From positions 3,717,031 to 3,781,030 of the forward strand of contig NZ_OY761823.1 of NCBI RefSeq assembly GCF_963664965.2: a DNA stretch of 64,000 nt. The letters are read 5' to 3'. Of the stretch, positions 31,701 through 39,333 are shown piece by piece. The position numbers were made by a program, and so were the translations under genes. The notes beneath the pieces were generated by a model. It was not told the DNA's origin, did not search any database, and saw nothing but the letters and a program-made list of their open reading frames with translations. The DNA comes from an uncultured Pseudodesulfovibrio sp. (lineage in GTDB: Bacteria; Desulfobacterota; Desulfovibrionia; Desulfovibrionales; Desulfovibrionaceae). Position 1 is the stretch's first letter, and each line of letters starts with the position of its first letter.

Positions 31701-34700
31701 CAGGGTGAAACCGACTCCGACGTGGATGGCGACACACTCTCCGTCACTTCGGTCGGCAACGCCACGCACGGCACGGTCAGCATGGACGACGACGGAAACA
31801 TCACCTTTGAACCCGAAGACGGATTCTCCGGTGCGGCTACCTTTGAATACACCATCAGCGACGGCCACGGCGGCACCGATACCGCAACCGTCACGCTGAA
31901 TATCACTCCGGTCAACGATGCTCCGGTCATCGACCTGAACGACACCGGCCAACATCTGGACATCAATGCGGCAGACTCCGACTCATGGGGCTACAACCTC
32001 GTCGGCATGTATGTCACGGACGATGCGGGCAACCCGGTCGCAACCGAGGTGCTCTACCATCACACCGACGTCAACGGTCCCGAAGGGTTCGCCATCGGCG
32101 AACTGCTGACACATGTCGAAGACGGACAGACTCCGCACTTCTTCTTCCTGAACAGCGGCAACGCACGCAACAGCGTTGAGCTTACCGGCGAGGAAGGACA
32201 CACCTTCAGAGAAGACACAAGCATCACCTTCACTCAGGGCGCTGACGGCCAGTGGTACGGTACCGGCATCGACGAAACCGGCAACCCGCTGACCTTTAAG
32301 GCGTTCTTTGATGACAACTCGCTCAACCCGGACAACCACAACCGCTTCACCTACTCCGTTACCGACGAAAACGGTACCCGGACCCTGAGCATCGAGGAAT
32401 ACAACGGCCATGCCATTGACCGCGACGACATGCGGCTGACCATCACCCCGCAGGAAGACGACAGCTCCGGCTACACCACTTCCTTCACTGAAGGCGGCAG
32501 CGCCGTGTCCATTGTGGGCAACATGACCATCACCGACACAGATTCGCCTGACATGAGCAAGGCGGTCATCACCCTGACCGGCGCGCAGGCAGGCGATGTA
32601 CTCGACACCAGCGGCGTGTCCGGCCTGTTCGTAGACACCGATATCACCGAATCCGGCGACATCGTGGTCACCCTCAGCGGCAAGGCGACCCTGGCCGAAT
32701 ACCAGAACGCCATCAAGGCCATCACCTTCGACAACACCAGCAATGATCCGGTCGAAGGAACCCGCACCATAACAGTGCAGGTAACCGACGCCGCAGGCAA
32801 TGAGTCCGACGTCAGCAACTCTGCGACATCCTCCATCACTGTTACCGCACTGAATGAAGCGCCCACCAGTGACGCGGTCACCATCTCTGTGGACGAAGAC
32901 GGCTCCGTCACCGTGACGCAGGCCATGCTCCTCGCCAATGCACAGGATGCGGACGGCGACACCATGACCGCCACGGACCTCACGGTCACCGGCGCGGACG
33001 GCACCACTTACGCACTCACCGACAACGGAAACGGCACCTGGACGTTTGAACCGGGCGACAACATCGAAAGCGACTTCAGCTTCAGCTTCAACATCGACGA
33101 TGGAAATGGCGGCGTCACTCCGGTCAACGGCACCTTTGACGTGCAGCCCCTCAGTGACGCACCGACCAGCGATGCAGTCACCATCAATGTAACCGAAGAC
33201 GGTTCCGTCACCGTGACGCAGGCCATGCTCCTCGCCACCGCACAGGATGCGGACGGCGACGCCATGACCGCAAGGAACCTCACGGTTACCGGCGCGGACG
33301 GCACGACCTACGCCCTCACCGACAACGGAAACGGCACATGGACGTTCGAACCGGGCGACAACGTCGAAAGCGACTTCAGCTTCACCTTCGACATCGAAGA
33401 CGGGACCGGCGAAAGTACGCCTGTCAGCGGAACCTTCGACGTACAGCCCGTCAACGACGCTCCGGTCATCGACGGATCGGGCGCAACAGCCACTTACGAG
33501 GACGGAGACGGCGCTCTCGCCATCCTGAACGGCATGTCCATCTCGGACGTGGATTCCGACAATCTCAGCGAGGCGACCATCACCCTGAACGGAACGGAAG
33601 CGGGGGATATCCTCGACACCAGCGGCGTATCCGGCCTGTTCGTGGACACCGACACCAACGCTTTCGGCGACATCGTGATCACCCTGAGCGGCACGGCCAG
33701 CGTTGCTGAATACGAAAACGCAATCAAGTCGATCACTTTCAGCAACAACTCAGGCGACCTTGACGACGGCACCCGCACTGTTTCCGTGCAGGTGACAGAC
33801 GCCGAAGGAACCGACTCGAAGCCCAGCACGGTCGCCACCGCCACCATCGACGTGGAAGGCGGGACTGATCCCGGCATAGTCAACTACGACGTGCATGGTC
33901 AGGCGGTGACCTTCCACTCCGAAAAGGCTGACTACCAGAACATGCTCGGCATCTACACCATCGTGAATGGCAAGCCGTCTGATCCCGAAATCATCCTCAC
34001 GAACAGTAATGACGAGAGCATGCTCAAGGAAGTCATTCACACCTTTGCCGAAGATGCGGAAGTCCACTTCTTCTTCCTTCCGAACGTGGCAGGAAAGACC
34101 TTCGACACTGACGGAAACCTCCACTTCATTGCTGACGGCGACGGCTATCTCCTCGCCTCCGGAAACGACCATCTGGACGCCAAGTTCGACATGCCGCAAT
34201 TCAACCACGCCGGAGAGGAATACGGCTTCAAGTTCTCCGGCAATGCAGAAGCAGGGTTTACCGCTGAACACAGGGAAACGGTCACCGTCGGCATGGACGA
34301 CCAGTTCGTGCCGGGATTCAAGACTCCCGGTGATGACGATGACTTCAACGATCTTGTCGTCAAGGTCCAGCAAACCGATGACGGCCTGTTCGAAGGCGGC
34401 TCCGGCAACGACTACGCTGTTGGAGGCAAGGGTGACGACACACTCATCGGTGGCCGAGGCAACGACACCCTGTACGGCGATGACTGGTACGGCCAAAGGC
34501 AGGGCAATGACCATCTGGATGGCGGCAAGGGCGACGACCTCATGTACGGAGGGCGCGGCGATGACCAAATGGACGGAGGCGAGGGCCATGACATCATGTA
34601 CGGAGAGTCCGGTCATGATCTGATCAACGGAGGCTCGGGCGAAGACCTCATCTACGGCCAGTCCGGCAATGACACCATTGATGCAGGCGACAACGACGAC

Positions 34701-35198
34701 CTTGTCTATGCAGGTTCAGGAAACGACCTCCTTAACGGCGGTGCGGGTGACGACATCCTGTACGGTCAGTCCGGTGACAACCTGCTGGTCGGTGGTGCAG
34801 GCGACGATACCATGTACGGCGGCTCTGATGACGATCTGTTCATCGCAGGCGACGGCGCGGACGTCATTTACACAGGTGCCGGCAACGACACCATCTTCAT
34901 CGACCAGTCCGTGCTCGGCGAAGGGCACAACACCATCGAGGTCAGGGACTTCCATGTCGGCAAGGATGTGCTGGAATTCGGCGACAACGTGGTCAAGGAA
35001 ATCAACATCGACGACCAGAACGGCATGTCCCTTGTGGTCGGCAATGACGAAAACTCCAACGACGACGTGGTGGTCAAGCTGCTCGGCGTCACCCCGACCC
35101 AACTGGAGAACCACGGTTCCATCCACGACACCGACACCACGGCTGACGACCTCATCCAACATATGATTGACTCGGCCCACAACGGTCACAACAACTAA
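19749..35198 (+). CDS. Giant (5,149 aa) RTX-type, T1SS-substrate-like adhesin with cadherin-like, VCBS-like, lectin-like, DUF4114-like and Ca-binding nonapeptide repeats
   Basis: Single uninterrupted ORF with a strong RBS. The N-terminal roughly 100-aa module is followed by ETAAGAGAGGAGAGAY. Many VNDAPV-bounded Ig/cadherin-like units are present. There are 25 identical-length 101-aa units. A DDDDFNDLVVKV motif is present. About 17 GGxGxDxUx repeats lie at 34393-34900. The acidic C-terminal non-cleaved secretion-signal-like tail contains IEVRDFHVGKDVLEFGDNV. Confidence 0.9.
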   Translation: MAENDTTQELTRFPVSLPGDGQLKTYEVSADMLVVFDFDVAEAIFSSNGNDLVITVEGKGTIVFEDYLLLAQNDNLPTFELLDGEQITGDVYLFAFNELEEDVETAAGAGAGGAGAGAYIDDHGDLYRSLDSLQGQEDPSEDADQQSARFGTQEFANTDSTAAVNTAPKINGELNLDMNEDGTIVIRDTQILALVTDEPGSFVAVTSLTVSGGTLTQIAAGTWAFTPDQDFNGSLDVTFSVSDREFTVNGTGSIDVAAVNDAPVATDDTGAVVEDFTISGTLADHASDVDNEAGELTYSIVGDTPAGFVLTDANGSYTFDASSYDHLSEGETEDVTLTYQVTDPDGASHTAELTITISGSDDPIVISAADTDPDTINEDTPFISGQLTATDADAADNPDFDVQDIPGKYGTLHINENGSWTYTTNELAQGLDADNPGTESFTVTARNGDSLTDTETYEINLSVTGSEDPILITGDIQATVSEDYVPTTVTGTLIATDADTADTPDFDVQDLPGEYGTLHINADGTWTYTPDERAQALDGSETEPIVENFTVTARNGDSTTEIQTQNIQVTVLGQNDAPELTFSSDFINNGSFEDAEISSTGYAQGHTPEGWNLVSGSHWEVIGGERGSIGASDGNNVLDLAIGRSAPEISQEITHLEPGEYVLSVDMFDRGGQHPSDGSPSGDITIKWNGVIVATFNPDSVDWETGTVTVTVNEGETSGTLSFSSTDTDHYGNVIDNISLRPAAGTEQAVINENAENGSYVATAVGSDVDSTGLTYSIDENSPFAIDPNTGVITIKDNTSLDFETNPTITLDVTVTDGNTPVTKPLTIHLRDINEAPTGDDVTFRPLSEDGEGVHPGTLIFTEEALLNMSNAADEEGNPLSIENLTLADGRGTLVEGTDANGNPQWTFTPEDNYNGEVSFNFDISDGVNTTSLTANVNVEAVNDGPVLEFSATQSANLIQDGSFESVDIDQYDWADGYSPADWTSESGTHFEVMDGQRHGLEGASDGENVLDMAVGRTPMVVSQEVPVSEGQYVISLDMFDRGENYAGDGTDSGVLDILWNGEVVATYNPGSDDWDTGSILITVGADDPSTGTLTIVSHDGDHYGNVIDNITMHAVDTPADNTVTIDENSAGGTFIASAVGSDVDSTDLEYSISEGSPFVIDKDTGVIRLADDASLDYEASTEYTITVTVSDGDGATTTKDLTIKVGDVNEGPSLSFDEGTSVNVAENTAAGTVIATAAGTDPDAGDTLTYSVADDSPFAIDSATGEISIKDASVFDFEGDSIPTSVEVTVTDADGLSTSQTLDINVTNVNEGPSLSFDEGTSVNVAENTAAGTVIATAAGTDPDAGDTLTYSVADDSPFAIDSATGEISIKDASVFDFEGDSIPTSVEVTVTDADGLSTSQTLNINVTDVNEGPSLSFNEGTSVNVAENTAAGTVIATAAGTDPDAGDTLTYSVADDSPFAIDSATGEISIKDASVFDFEGDSIPTSVEVTVTDADGLSTSQTLNINVTDVNEGPSLSFNEGTSVNVAENTAAGTVIATAAGTDPDAGDTLTYSVADDSPFAIDPNTGEISIKDASVFDFEGDSIPTSVEVTVTDADGLSTSQTLDINVTNVNEGPSLSFDEGTSVNVAENTAAGTVIATAAGTDPDAGDTLTYSVADDSPFAIDPNTGEISIKDASVFDFEGDSIPTSVEVTVTDADGLSTSQTLDINVTNVNEGPSLSFDEGTSVNVAENTAAGTVIATAAGTDPDAGDTLTYSVADDSPFAIDSATGEISIKDASVFDFEGDSIPTSVEVTVTDADGLSTSQTLGINVTNVNEGPSLSFDEGTSVNVAENTAAGTVIATAAGTDPDAGDTLTYSVADDSPFAIDSATGEISIKDASVFDFEGDSIPTSVEVTVTDADGLSTSQTLNINVTDVNEGPSLSFNEGTSVNVAENTAAGTVIATAAGTDPDAGDTLTYSVADDSPFAIDPNTGEISIKDASVFDFEGDSIPTSVEVTVTDADGLSTSQTLDINVTNVNEGPSLSFDEGTSVNVAENTAAGTVIATAAGTDPDAGDTLTYSVADDSPFAIDSATGEISIKDASVFDFEGDSIPTSVEVTVTDADGLSTSQTLDINVTNVNEGPSLSFDEGTSVNVAENTAAGTVIATAAGTDPDAGDTLTYSVADDSPFAIDSATGEISIKDASVFDFEGDSIPTSVEVTVTDADGLSTSQTLDINVTNVNEGPSLSFDEGTSVNVAENTAAGTVIATAAGTDPDAGDTLTYSVADDSPFAIDPNTGEISIKDASVFDFEGDSIPTSVEVTVTDADGLSTSQTLDINVTNVNEGPSLSFDEGTSVNVAENTAAGTVIATAAGTDPDAGDTLTYSVADDSPFAIDSATGEISIKDASVFDFEGDSIPTSVEVTVTDADGLSTSQTLGINVTNVNEGPSLSFDEGTSVNVAENTAAGTVIATAAGTDPDAGDTLTYSVADDSPFAIDSATGEISIKDASVFDFEGDSIPTSVEVTVTDADGLSTSQTLNINVTDVNEGPSLSFNEGTSVNVAENTAAGTVIATAAGTDPDAGDTLTYSVADDSPFAIDPNTGEISIKDASVFDFEGDSIPTSVEVTVTDADGLSTSQTLDINVTNVNEGPSLSFDEGTSVNVAENTAAGTVIATAAGTDPDAGDTLTYSVADDSPFAIDSATGEISIKDASVFDFEGDSIPTSVEVTVTDADGLSTSQTLDINVTNVNEGPSLSFDEGTSVNVAENTAAGTVIATAAGTDPDAGDTLTYSVADDSPFAIDSATGEISIKDASVFDFEGDSIPTSVEVTVTDADGLSTSQTLDINVTNVNEGPSLSFDEGTSVNVAENTAAGTVIATAAGTDPDAGDTLTYSVADDSPFAIDSATGEISIKDASVFDFEGDSIPTSVEVTVTDADGLSTSQTLDINVTNVNEGPSLSFDEGTSVNVAENTAAGTVIATAAGTDPDAGDTLTYSVADDSPFAIDPNTGEISIKDASVFDFEGDSIPTSVEVTVTDADGLSTSQTLDINVTNVNEGPSLSFDEGTSVNVAENTAAGTVIATAAGTDPDAGDTLTYSVADDSPFAIDSATGEISIKDASVFDFEGDSIPTSVEVTVTDADGLSTSQTLDINVTNVNEGPSLSFDEGTSVNVAENTAAGTVIATAAGTDPDAGDTLTYSVADDSPFAIDPNTGEISIKDASVFDFEGDSIPTSVEVTVTDADGLSTSQTLDINVTNVNEGPSLSFDEGTSVNVAENTAAGTVIATAAGTDPDAGDTLTYSVADDSPFAIDSATGEISIKDASVFDFEGDSIPTSVEVTVTDADGLSTSQTLGINVTNVNEGPSLSFDEGTSVNVAENTAAGTVIATAAGTDPDAGDTLTYSVADDSPFAIDSATGEISIKDASVFDFEGDSIPTSVEVTVTDADGLSTSQTLDINVTNVNEGPSLSFDEGTSVNVAENTAAGTVIATAAGTDPDAGDTLTYSVADDSPFAIDSATGEISIKDASVFDFEGDSIPTSVEVTVTDADGLSTSQTLDINVTNVNEGPSLSFDEGTSVNVAENTAAGTVIATAAGTDPDAGDTLTYSVADDSPFAIDSATGEISIKDASVFDFEGDSIPTSVEVTVTDADGLSTSQTLDINVTNVNEGPSLSFDEGTSVNVAENTAAGTVIATAAGTDPDAGDTLTYSVADDSPFAIDSATGEISIKDASVFDFEGDSIPTSVEVTVTDADGLSTSQTLDINVTNVNEGPVAVDDVFGTTTVVDGETIDVTTPDSGVNVTTVVNEWAGNGVNVSAHTGNGLDPDTWEDANIGTKNVSFNEGGQHYAYSGIAASASGQIDGGETDTLDGSETTDTEIMSVSFDKPMETVTLELSALFDGLEESPNDGVDNRGPYDSGYVEMARVAVYDTDGVLLGYVDVSGTNNGLATVTIDAADYGLPIGSVAVMPLDDGAGDSGNNSDFLLRSVSGEAVDEVTGTYLEDQPIELTANDLLTHANAQGETDSDVDGDTLSVTSVGNATHGTVSMDDDGNITFEPEDGFSGAATFEYTISDGHGGTDTATVTLNITPVNDAPVIDLNDTGQHLDINAADSDSWGYNLVGMYVTDDAGNPVATEVLYHHTDVNGPEGFAIGELLTHVEDGQTPHFFFLNSGNARNSVELTGEEGHTFREDTSITFTQGADGQWYGTGIDETGNPLTFKAFFDDNSLNPDNHNRFTYSVTDENGTRTLSIEEYNGHAIDRDDMRLTITPQEDDSSGYTTSFTEGGSAVSIVGNMTITDTDSPDMSKAVITLTGAQAGDVLDTSGVSGLFVDTDITESGDIVVTLSGKATLAEYQNAIKAITFDNTSNDPVEGTRTITVQVTDAAGNESDVSNSATSSITVTALNEAPTSDAVTISVDEDGSVTVTQAMLLANAQDADGDTMTATDLTVTGADGTTYALTDNGNGTWTFEPGDNIESDFSFSFNIDDGNGGVTPVNGTFDVQPLSDAPTSDAVTINVTEDGSVTVTQAMLLATAQDADGDAMTARNLTVTGADGTTYALTDNGNGTWTFEPGDNVESDFSFTFDIEDGTGESTPVSGTFDVQPVNDAPVIDGSGATATYEDGDGALAILNGMSISDVDSDNLSEATITLNGTEAGDILDTSGVSGLFVDTDTNAFGDIVITLSGTASVAEYENAIKSITFSNNSGDLDDGTRTVSVQVTDAEGTDSKPSTVATATIDVEGGTDPGIVNYDVHGQAVTFHSEKADYQNMLGIYTIVNGKPSDPEIILTNSNDESMLKEVIHTFAEDAEVHFFFLPNVAGKTFDTDGNLHFIADGDGYLLASGNDHLDAKFDMPQFNHAGEEYGFKFSGNAEAGFTAEHRETVTVGMDDQFVPGFKTPGDDDDFNDLVVKVQQTDDGLFEGGSGNDYAVGGKGDDTLIGGRGNDTLYGDDWYGQRQGNDHLDGGKGDDLMYGGRGDDQMDGGEGHDIMYGESGHDLINGGSGEDLIYGQSGNDTIDAGDNDDLVYAGSGNDLLNGGAGDDILYGQSGDNLLVGGAGDDTMYGGSDDDLFIAGDGADVIYTGAGNDTIFIDQSVLGEGHNTIEVRDFHVGKDVLEFGDNVVKEINIDDQNGMSLVVGNDENSNDDVVVKLLGVTPTQLENHGSIHDTDTTADDLIQHMIDSAHNGHNN
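23376..30950 (+). repeat. Tandem array: 25 x 303 bp (101 aa cadherin-like unit), with a superimposed 1,818-bp (6-unit) higher-order repeat
   Basis: The unit NEGPSLSF[D/N]EGTSVNVAENTAAGTVIATAAGTDPDAGDTLTYSVADDSPFAID[SA/PN]TGEISIKDASVFDFEGDSIPTSVEVTVTDADGLSTSQTL[D/N/G]INVT[N/D]V recurs exactly every 303 nt from 23376 to 30950. Variant markers recur at 1,818-nt spacing. Confidence 0.95.
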
Positions 35199-35220
35199 AA
35201 TCCGGTAACAAGATACAGCA

Positions 35221-35256
35221 AGGCCCGACTTCACACGAAGTCGGGCCTTTTTCTTT
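35221..35256 (+). terminator. Rho-independent terminator of the adhesin gene
   Basis: AGGCCCGACTTC-ACAC-GAAGTCGGGCCT (12-bp perfect stem) followed by TTTTTCTTT, 23 nt after the TAA stop. Confidence 0.8.
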
Positions 35257-35370
35257 GCAGGCAGGAAAATCTGCTATCTTCCGGTTTTCACAAATCAGGA
35301 CTTTCCCACTTTTTCTCTCTGCAGGGTTACAGAAAAAAACCACATCTGATATGCTGAACTCAACTCAGCA

Positions 35371-35688
35371 TTGAAGCTGCCTTTTGCCCAGTTATCAGAA
35401 ATGAGGAGAAACGGTGTGAATGAACATATCTGGCATGATTTCATGGAGCGGCTTGTAGCCGATGAAATCAAACTGAAAGAGTTCTGCAACCTCGACGCCG
35501 ATGACATCGACGCATGGCTCGCAAAACACCACATGGGTGTTACCCTGACTCAATTGCTTGAGTCGTCGCCGCGCATGCCTCAAACTGAAGACAAGGGCCA
35601 TATAGGCCGGTACGCCGAACGCCGCCTGCAACAGGAAGTCGAGCGAAACGCATTGCACCTGTCCCCGGACTCTCCCTTATCTGATTAA
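35371..35688 (+). CDS. Hypothetical small protein (start uncertain)
   Basis: ORF only, with no recognisable motif. A possible internal start at MNEHIWHDF is preceded by AGGAGA. Confidence 0.3.
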   Translation: MKLPFAQLSEMRRNGVNEHIWHDFMERLVADEIKLKEFCNLDADDIDAWLAKHHMGVTLTQLLESSPRMPQTEDKGHIGRYAERRLQQEVERNALHLSPDSPLSD

Positions 35689-35859
35689 CTCACCGTCTTC
35701 ACATCTATTTCCCGACATATTTCACTTCGTCGACAAAACCGTCGACTCTCAAGGCATTCCCATAAATCGGGAAATTTTCCCGTTTTTCATGATTCCCCCA
35801 TTTACAATCCCGTCTGACGGATTATCTTTTCGCTTCCGGGACAAACAAACAGGAGAATC

Positions 35860-37092
35860 ATGGGAAAACATATCATCGAGGAAGCCAAGCGCTGCCTGCA
35901 ATGCAAAAATCCTCTGTGCAGCAAGGGCTGTCCCAACAGCACCCCAGTCAATGAAATGGTCCGCCTCCTCCTTGAGGGGAAAATGCTCGAAGCGGGCGAA
36001 ATGCTGTTCAACAACAACCCGCTGTCCGTGGTTTGTTCGCTTATCTGTCCGCATGAAAATTTCTGTGAAGGACACTGTATTCTGGGCAAGAAAGGTTCAC
36101 CCGTTCAGGTCAGCGACATCGAGAACTATATTTCCCGCTATTATCTCGAACAGTTCCAGCCTCAAAAGCCCAAGCACGAAAACAACGGCAAGCGGATAGC
36201 CATCGTCGGTTCCGGCCCCGCAGGAATCACCGTGGCCTTCATCCTTGCCTCCAACGGCTTTGACGTGACCATCTTCGAATCCGAAGACAAGATCGGCGGC
36301 GTCCTCCAGTACGGCATTCCCGATTTCCGCCTGCCCAAGGAACTCCTCACCCAGCTCAAGACGATGCTGGAACGGCTCGGCGTCAAAATCCGTCCGAACA
36401 TGGTCATCGGCCCGGTGGTCACCCTCGAAGACCTCCTGCGCGACGACTACAAGGCCATTTTCATCGGAACCGGGGTCTGGAGTCCGAAACCCCTGCGCCT
36501 CAGAGGCGAAACCCTCGGGCATGTTCATTACGCCATCAACTACCTCAAGAACCCGGACGTCTACACGCTAGGGCGCAAGGTCGCTGTCATCGGCGCAGGA
36601 AACGTGGCCATGGACGTGGCCCGCACGGCACTGCGAAAAGGCGCGGAAGAGGTAACCGTACTCTATCGTCGCGGCGAAAAGGACATGACCGCCACCCAAT
36701 ACGAATACCAGTACGCCCGACTCGACGGCGTGAAGTTCGAATTCTACCGCTCCCCGCTCGAAATCGTGGATGAGGGCGTGATCTGTACGGAAACACGCAA
36801 GGAAAAGGACGGCGACGTCGTCCGCGTCGTGCCGATTGAAGGCTCGGAAAAACTCTTTCAGGCTGACTCCGTTTTCATCGCCGCGAGCCAGAACCCGCGC
36901 AACAACCTCACCGGCATCGAGATCGGAAAGACCGGCCTCATTCTGGTCAACGAGGATGGACGCACCACCCGCGAAGGCATTTTCGCTTCCGGCGACGTGG
37001 TCACCGGAGCCAAGACCGTGGCGGAAGCGGTCAACCTCTCAAAAAAATCCGCGCAGGCCATCATGGACTATGTGGCAGGACTGCCGGATTAA
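35860..37092 (+). CDS. NAD(P)H-dependent FAD/Fe-S oxidoreductase, glutamate synthase small-subunit (GltD) family
   Basis: N-terminal Cys clusters CLQCKNPLCSKGCP and CPHENFCEGHC. Dinucleotide motifs IAIVGSGPAGITVA and VAVIGAGNVAMDVA, plus GIFASGDVVTG. Confidence 0.8.
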   Translation: MGKHIIEEAKRCLQCKNPLCSKGCPNSTPVNEMVRLLLEGKMLEAGEMLFNNNPLSVVCSLICPHENFCEGHCILGKKGSPVQVSDIENYISRYYLEQFQPQKPKHENNGKRIAIVGSGPAGITVAFILASNGFDVTIFESEDKIGGVLQYGIPDFRLPKELLTQLKTMLERLGVKIRPNMVIGPVVTLEDLLRDDYKAIFIGTGVWSPKPLRLRGETLGHVHYAINYLKNPDVYTLGRKVAVIGAGNVAMDVARTALRKGAEEVTVLYRRGEKDMTATQYEYQYARLDGVKFEFYRSPLEIVDEGVICTETRKEKDGDVVRVVPIEGSEKLFQADSVFIAASQNPRNNLTGIEIGKTGLILVNEDGRTTREGIFASGDVVTGAKTVAEAVNLSKKSAQAIMDYVAGLPD

Positions 37093-37122
37093 AGCACAAC
37101 ACAGCCACCCCACGGGAGCGTC

Positions 37123-37554
37123 ATGAAAATACTGTTTCTCTGCACTGGCAATTCGTGCCGCAGCCAGATGGCCGAGGGCTGGACCCGTCACCTCAAGGGC
37201 GACGAAATGGAAGTCTGGTCCGCAGGCGTGGAAACACATGGCCTCAACCAAAGAGCTGTCACCGTCATGAAGGAAGCGGGGGTGGATATTTCCACCCACG
37301 CTTCCAAACTCATCTCCGACCTGCCGGACGGCATGGAATTCGATTACGTTGTCACGGTCTGTGACAACGCGCGGGAAAGCTGCCCGTTCTTTCCCGGCAA
37401 AAGTGAGGTCGTGCATGTCGGTTTTGACGACCCGCCCGCATTGACCAAAGGGATGGAGGATGAAGAAACGGTCCTCGACGTCTACCGACGCGTGCGGGAC
37501 CAGATCAGGGAATTCGTACTCACCCTGCCGGATGGACTGACAAGGCAACGTTGA
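37123..37554 (+). CDS. arsC: Arsenate reductase, LMW-PTPase (thioredoxin-coupled) type
   Basis: MKILFLCTGNSCRSQMAEGW P-loop (CX5R) and a downstream CDNARESCP Cys pair. Confidence 0.8.
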   Translation: MKILFLCTGNSCRSQMAEGWTRHLKGDEMEVWSAGVETHGLNQRAVTVMKEAGVDISTHASKLISDLPDGMEFDYVVTVCDNARESCPFFPGKSEVVHVGFDDPPALTKGMEDEETVLDVYRRVRDQIREFVLTLPDGLTRQR

Positions 37555-37627
37555 CGGTAGACATCCGCACCGCATTCGTTTACCCCGAACTCATCTCGCA
37601 CAACGATTGCAGCCTCAGGAGAACGAC

Positions 37628-38236
37628 ATGCCCCAGCAATTCACTACCGACACTCTTTCTCTTTCTTTCGGAATGCCCCAGTGGGCTGTCTCGGCACTCA
37701 ACGATCTCCCGGAGTACCTTCCTTCACACGAAGAACGCATGGCGGCAGTCATCGAATTTTCTCGCAAGAACTTCCAAAACGGCACGGGCGGCCCATTCGC
37801 GGCAGGTGTATTCGAGCGCGACTCCGGCAGGCTGGTGGTCATCGGTGTCAACCGCGTCATGCCCTACAACTGTTCGTCAGCCCATGCCGAAATCATGGCC
37901 ATGTCCCTGGCCCAGAAGATGCTCGGAGTGTATGACCTCGGCGGGGAAGGGCTGCCTGCACACGAATTGGTCGTCAACTGGCGGCCCTGCGCCATGTGCT
38001 TCGGCGCGGTGCTCTGGTCCGGCGTACGTTCGCTGGTCATCGCAGGCGACGGGCCCGAACTGGAGGAAATCACCGGGTTCGACGAAGGTCCGGTTCATGA
38101 GGACTGGCGTGGCGAGCTTGCCCGACGCGGCATCGCACTGACCGAGGACGTGCTCCGGGACAAGGCCATCGAAGCCTACCGGGAATTCAACGCATCGCAG
38201 AACGTCGTGTACAACGCCCGTCAGGGAGAAGCATAA
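37628..38236 (+). CDS. CMP/dCMP-type zinc nucleoside/nucleobase deaminase
   Basis: HAEIMA ... PCAMCFGAV zinc-binding signature. The start was chosen at an ATG preceded by AGGAG. Confidence 0.7.
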   Translation: MPQQFTTDTLSLSFGMPQWAVSALNDLPEYLPSHEERMAAVIEFSRKNFQNGTGGPFAAGVFERDSGRLVVIGVNRVMPYNCSSAHAEIMAMSLAQKMLGVYDLGGEGLPAHELVVNWRPCAMCFGAVLWSGVRSLVIAGDGPELEEITGFDEGPVHEDWRGELARRGIALTEDVLRDKAIEAYREFNASQNVVYNARQGEA

Positions 38237-38348
38237 CGCGCAAACCGCTTGTCGCCTCAAGAAGAGACTGCAACCACACGTTCCTATTGACAAAACCTGT
38301 CGCCACTGACATCCCGGAACCGTTCGGCCTTCAACATACGGGGACATC

Positions 38349-39233
38349 ATGGCACGCGGTTTCATCTACTCCATCATCTCCGCCATCTGCCTCGGCAGTC
38401 TGGCCATTTTCGCCAAGACAGGTCTCGCCATGGGCATGGCCCCCATGCAGATCGTGCAATACCGCTTCTTCTTCGGCGCACTGCTCCTTTTATCATGGAT
38501 TGGCGCGACACAACCGCACCTGCTGAGAATCCGCCCCAAGGGACTGCTCAAGGCCGCGGTTCTCGGTGCAGGCATCTACCCCGTCCAGTCATGGCTTTTC
38601 ATCAAGGCGCTCCAGCATCTTCCCGCATCCACCACGTCACTCATCTATTATCTCTATCCAGTGGTCACCACGCTAATCGCGGTCATCTTCACCGGCCTGA
38701 AACCGAACAAGACAATATACCAGTCGCTCCTTCTCATCCTCGCCGGGTGTGGACTGGTTTTCTACAACGCATTCACACAGGCAGTGGATATCCGTGGCAT
38801 ATGGTTCATACTCGCCTGCATGGTCACATTTTCCATCTACCTGACACTGGTTCAGCGCTTCACGAAAAACGACGAAGCCCAACGCGTCTCCATATGGGTC
38901 ATTTTCTTTATGGCTGCCGCGGTCAGCTGCATCTCCCCGCCGACGACCATCCTTAGCCAGCCCCTCAAGGGGTGGGGCATCGCCATAGGACTCGGCCTGA
39001 TCCCCACAGCCGTTGCCATCAGCCTGCTCTACCGGGCCATAGAAAAAATCGGCAGCGCCTACGCAGCCATGTTCTCCACAGTGGAACCCGTGACCACGGT
39101 ACTGCTCGCAACCCTGATCCTTGACGAACCCATGGACATCATCCAGCTCGCGGGCATGGTCCTCATCATCACGGGGATCATCATGCCCAACCTCGGCCTC
39201 ATACGGGAAAAAACGATCGTTTCCGCAAAGTAA
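38349..39233 (+). CDS. DMT-superfamily (EamA-like) transporter
   Basis: About 10 predicted TM helices in two similar halves. 294 aa. Confidence 0.7.
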   Translation: MARGFIYSIISAICLGSLAIFAKTGLAMGMAPMQIVQYRFFFGALLLLSWIGATQPHLLRIRPKGLLKAAVLGAGIYPVQSWLFIKALQHLPASTTSLIYYLYPVVTTLIAVIFTGLKPNKTIYQSLLLILAGCGLVFYNAFTQAVDIRGIWFILACMVTFSIYLTLVQRFTKNDEAQRVSIWVIFFMAAAVSCISPPTTILSQPLKGWGIAIGLGLIPTAVAISLLYRAIEKIGSAYAAMFSTVEPVTTVLLATLILDEPMDIIQLAGMVLIITGIIMPNLGLIREKTIVSAK

Positions 39234-39333
39234 CACAAAATTGGCCGCACCCGCTTGACGGGTCCCCTTTTCTGCGGAACATTGAATGATAGCCGATATC
39301 CCGGCATTCATGTGATCATTCAAGGCAGGCCCC

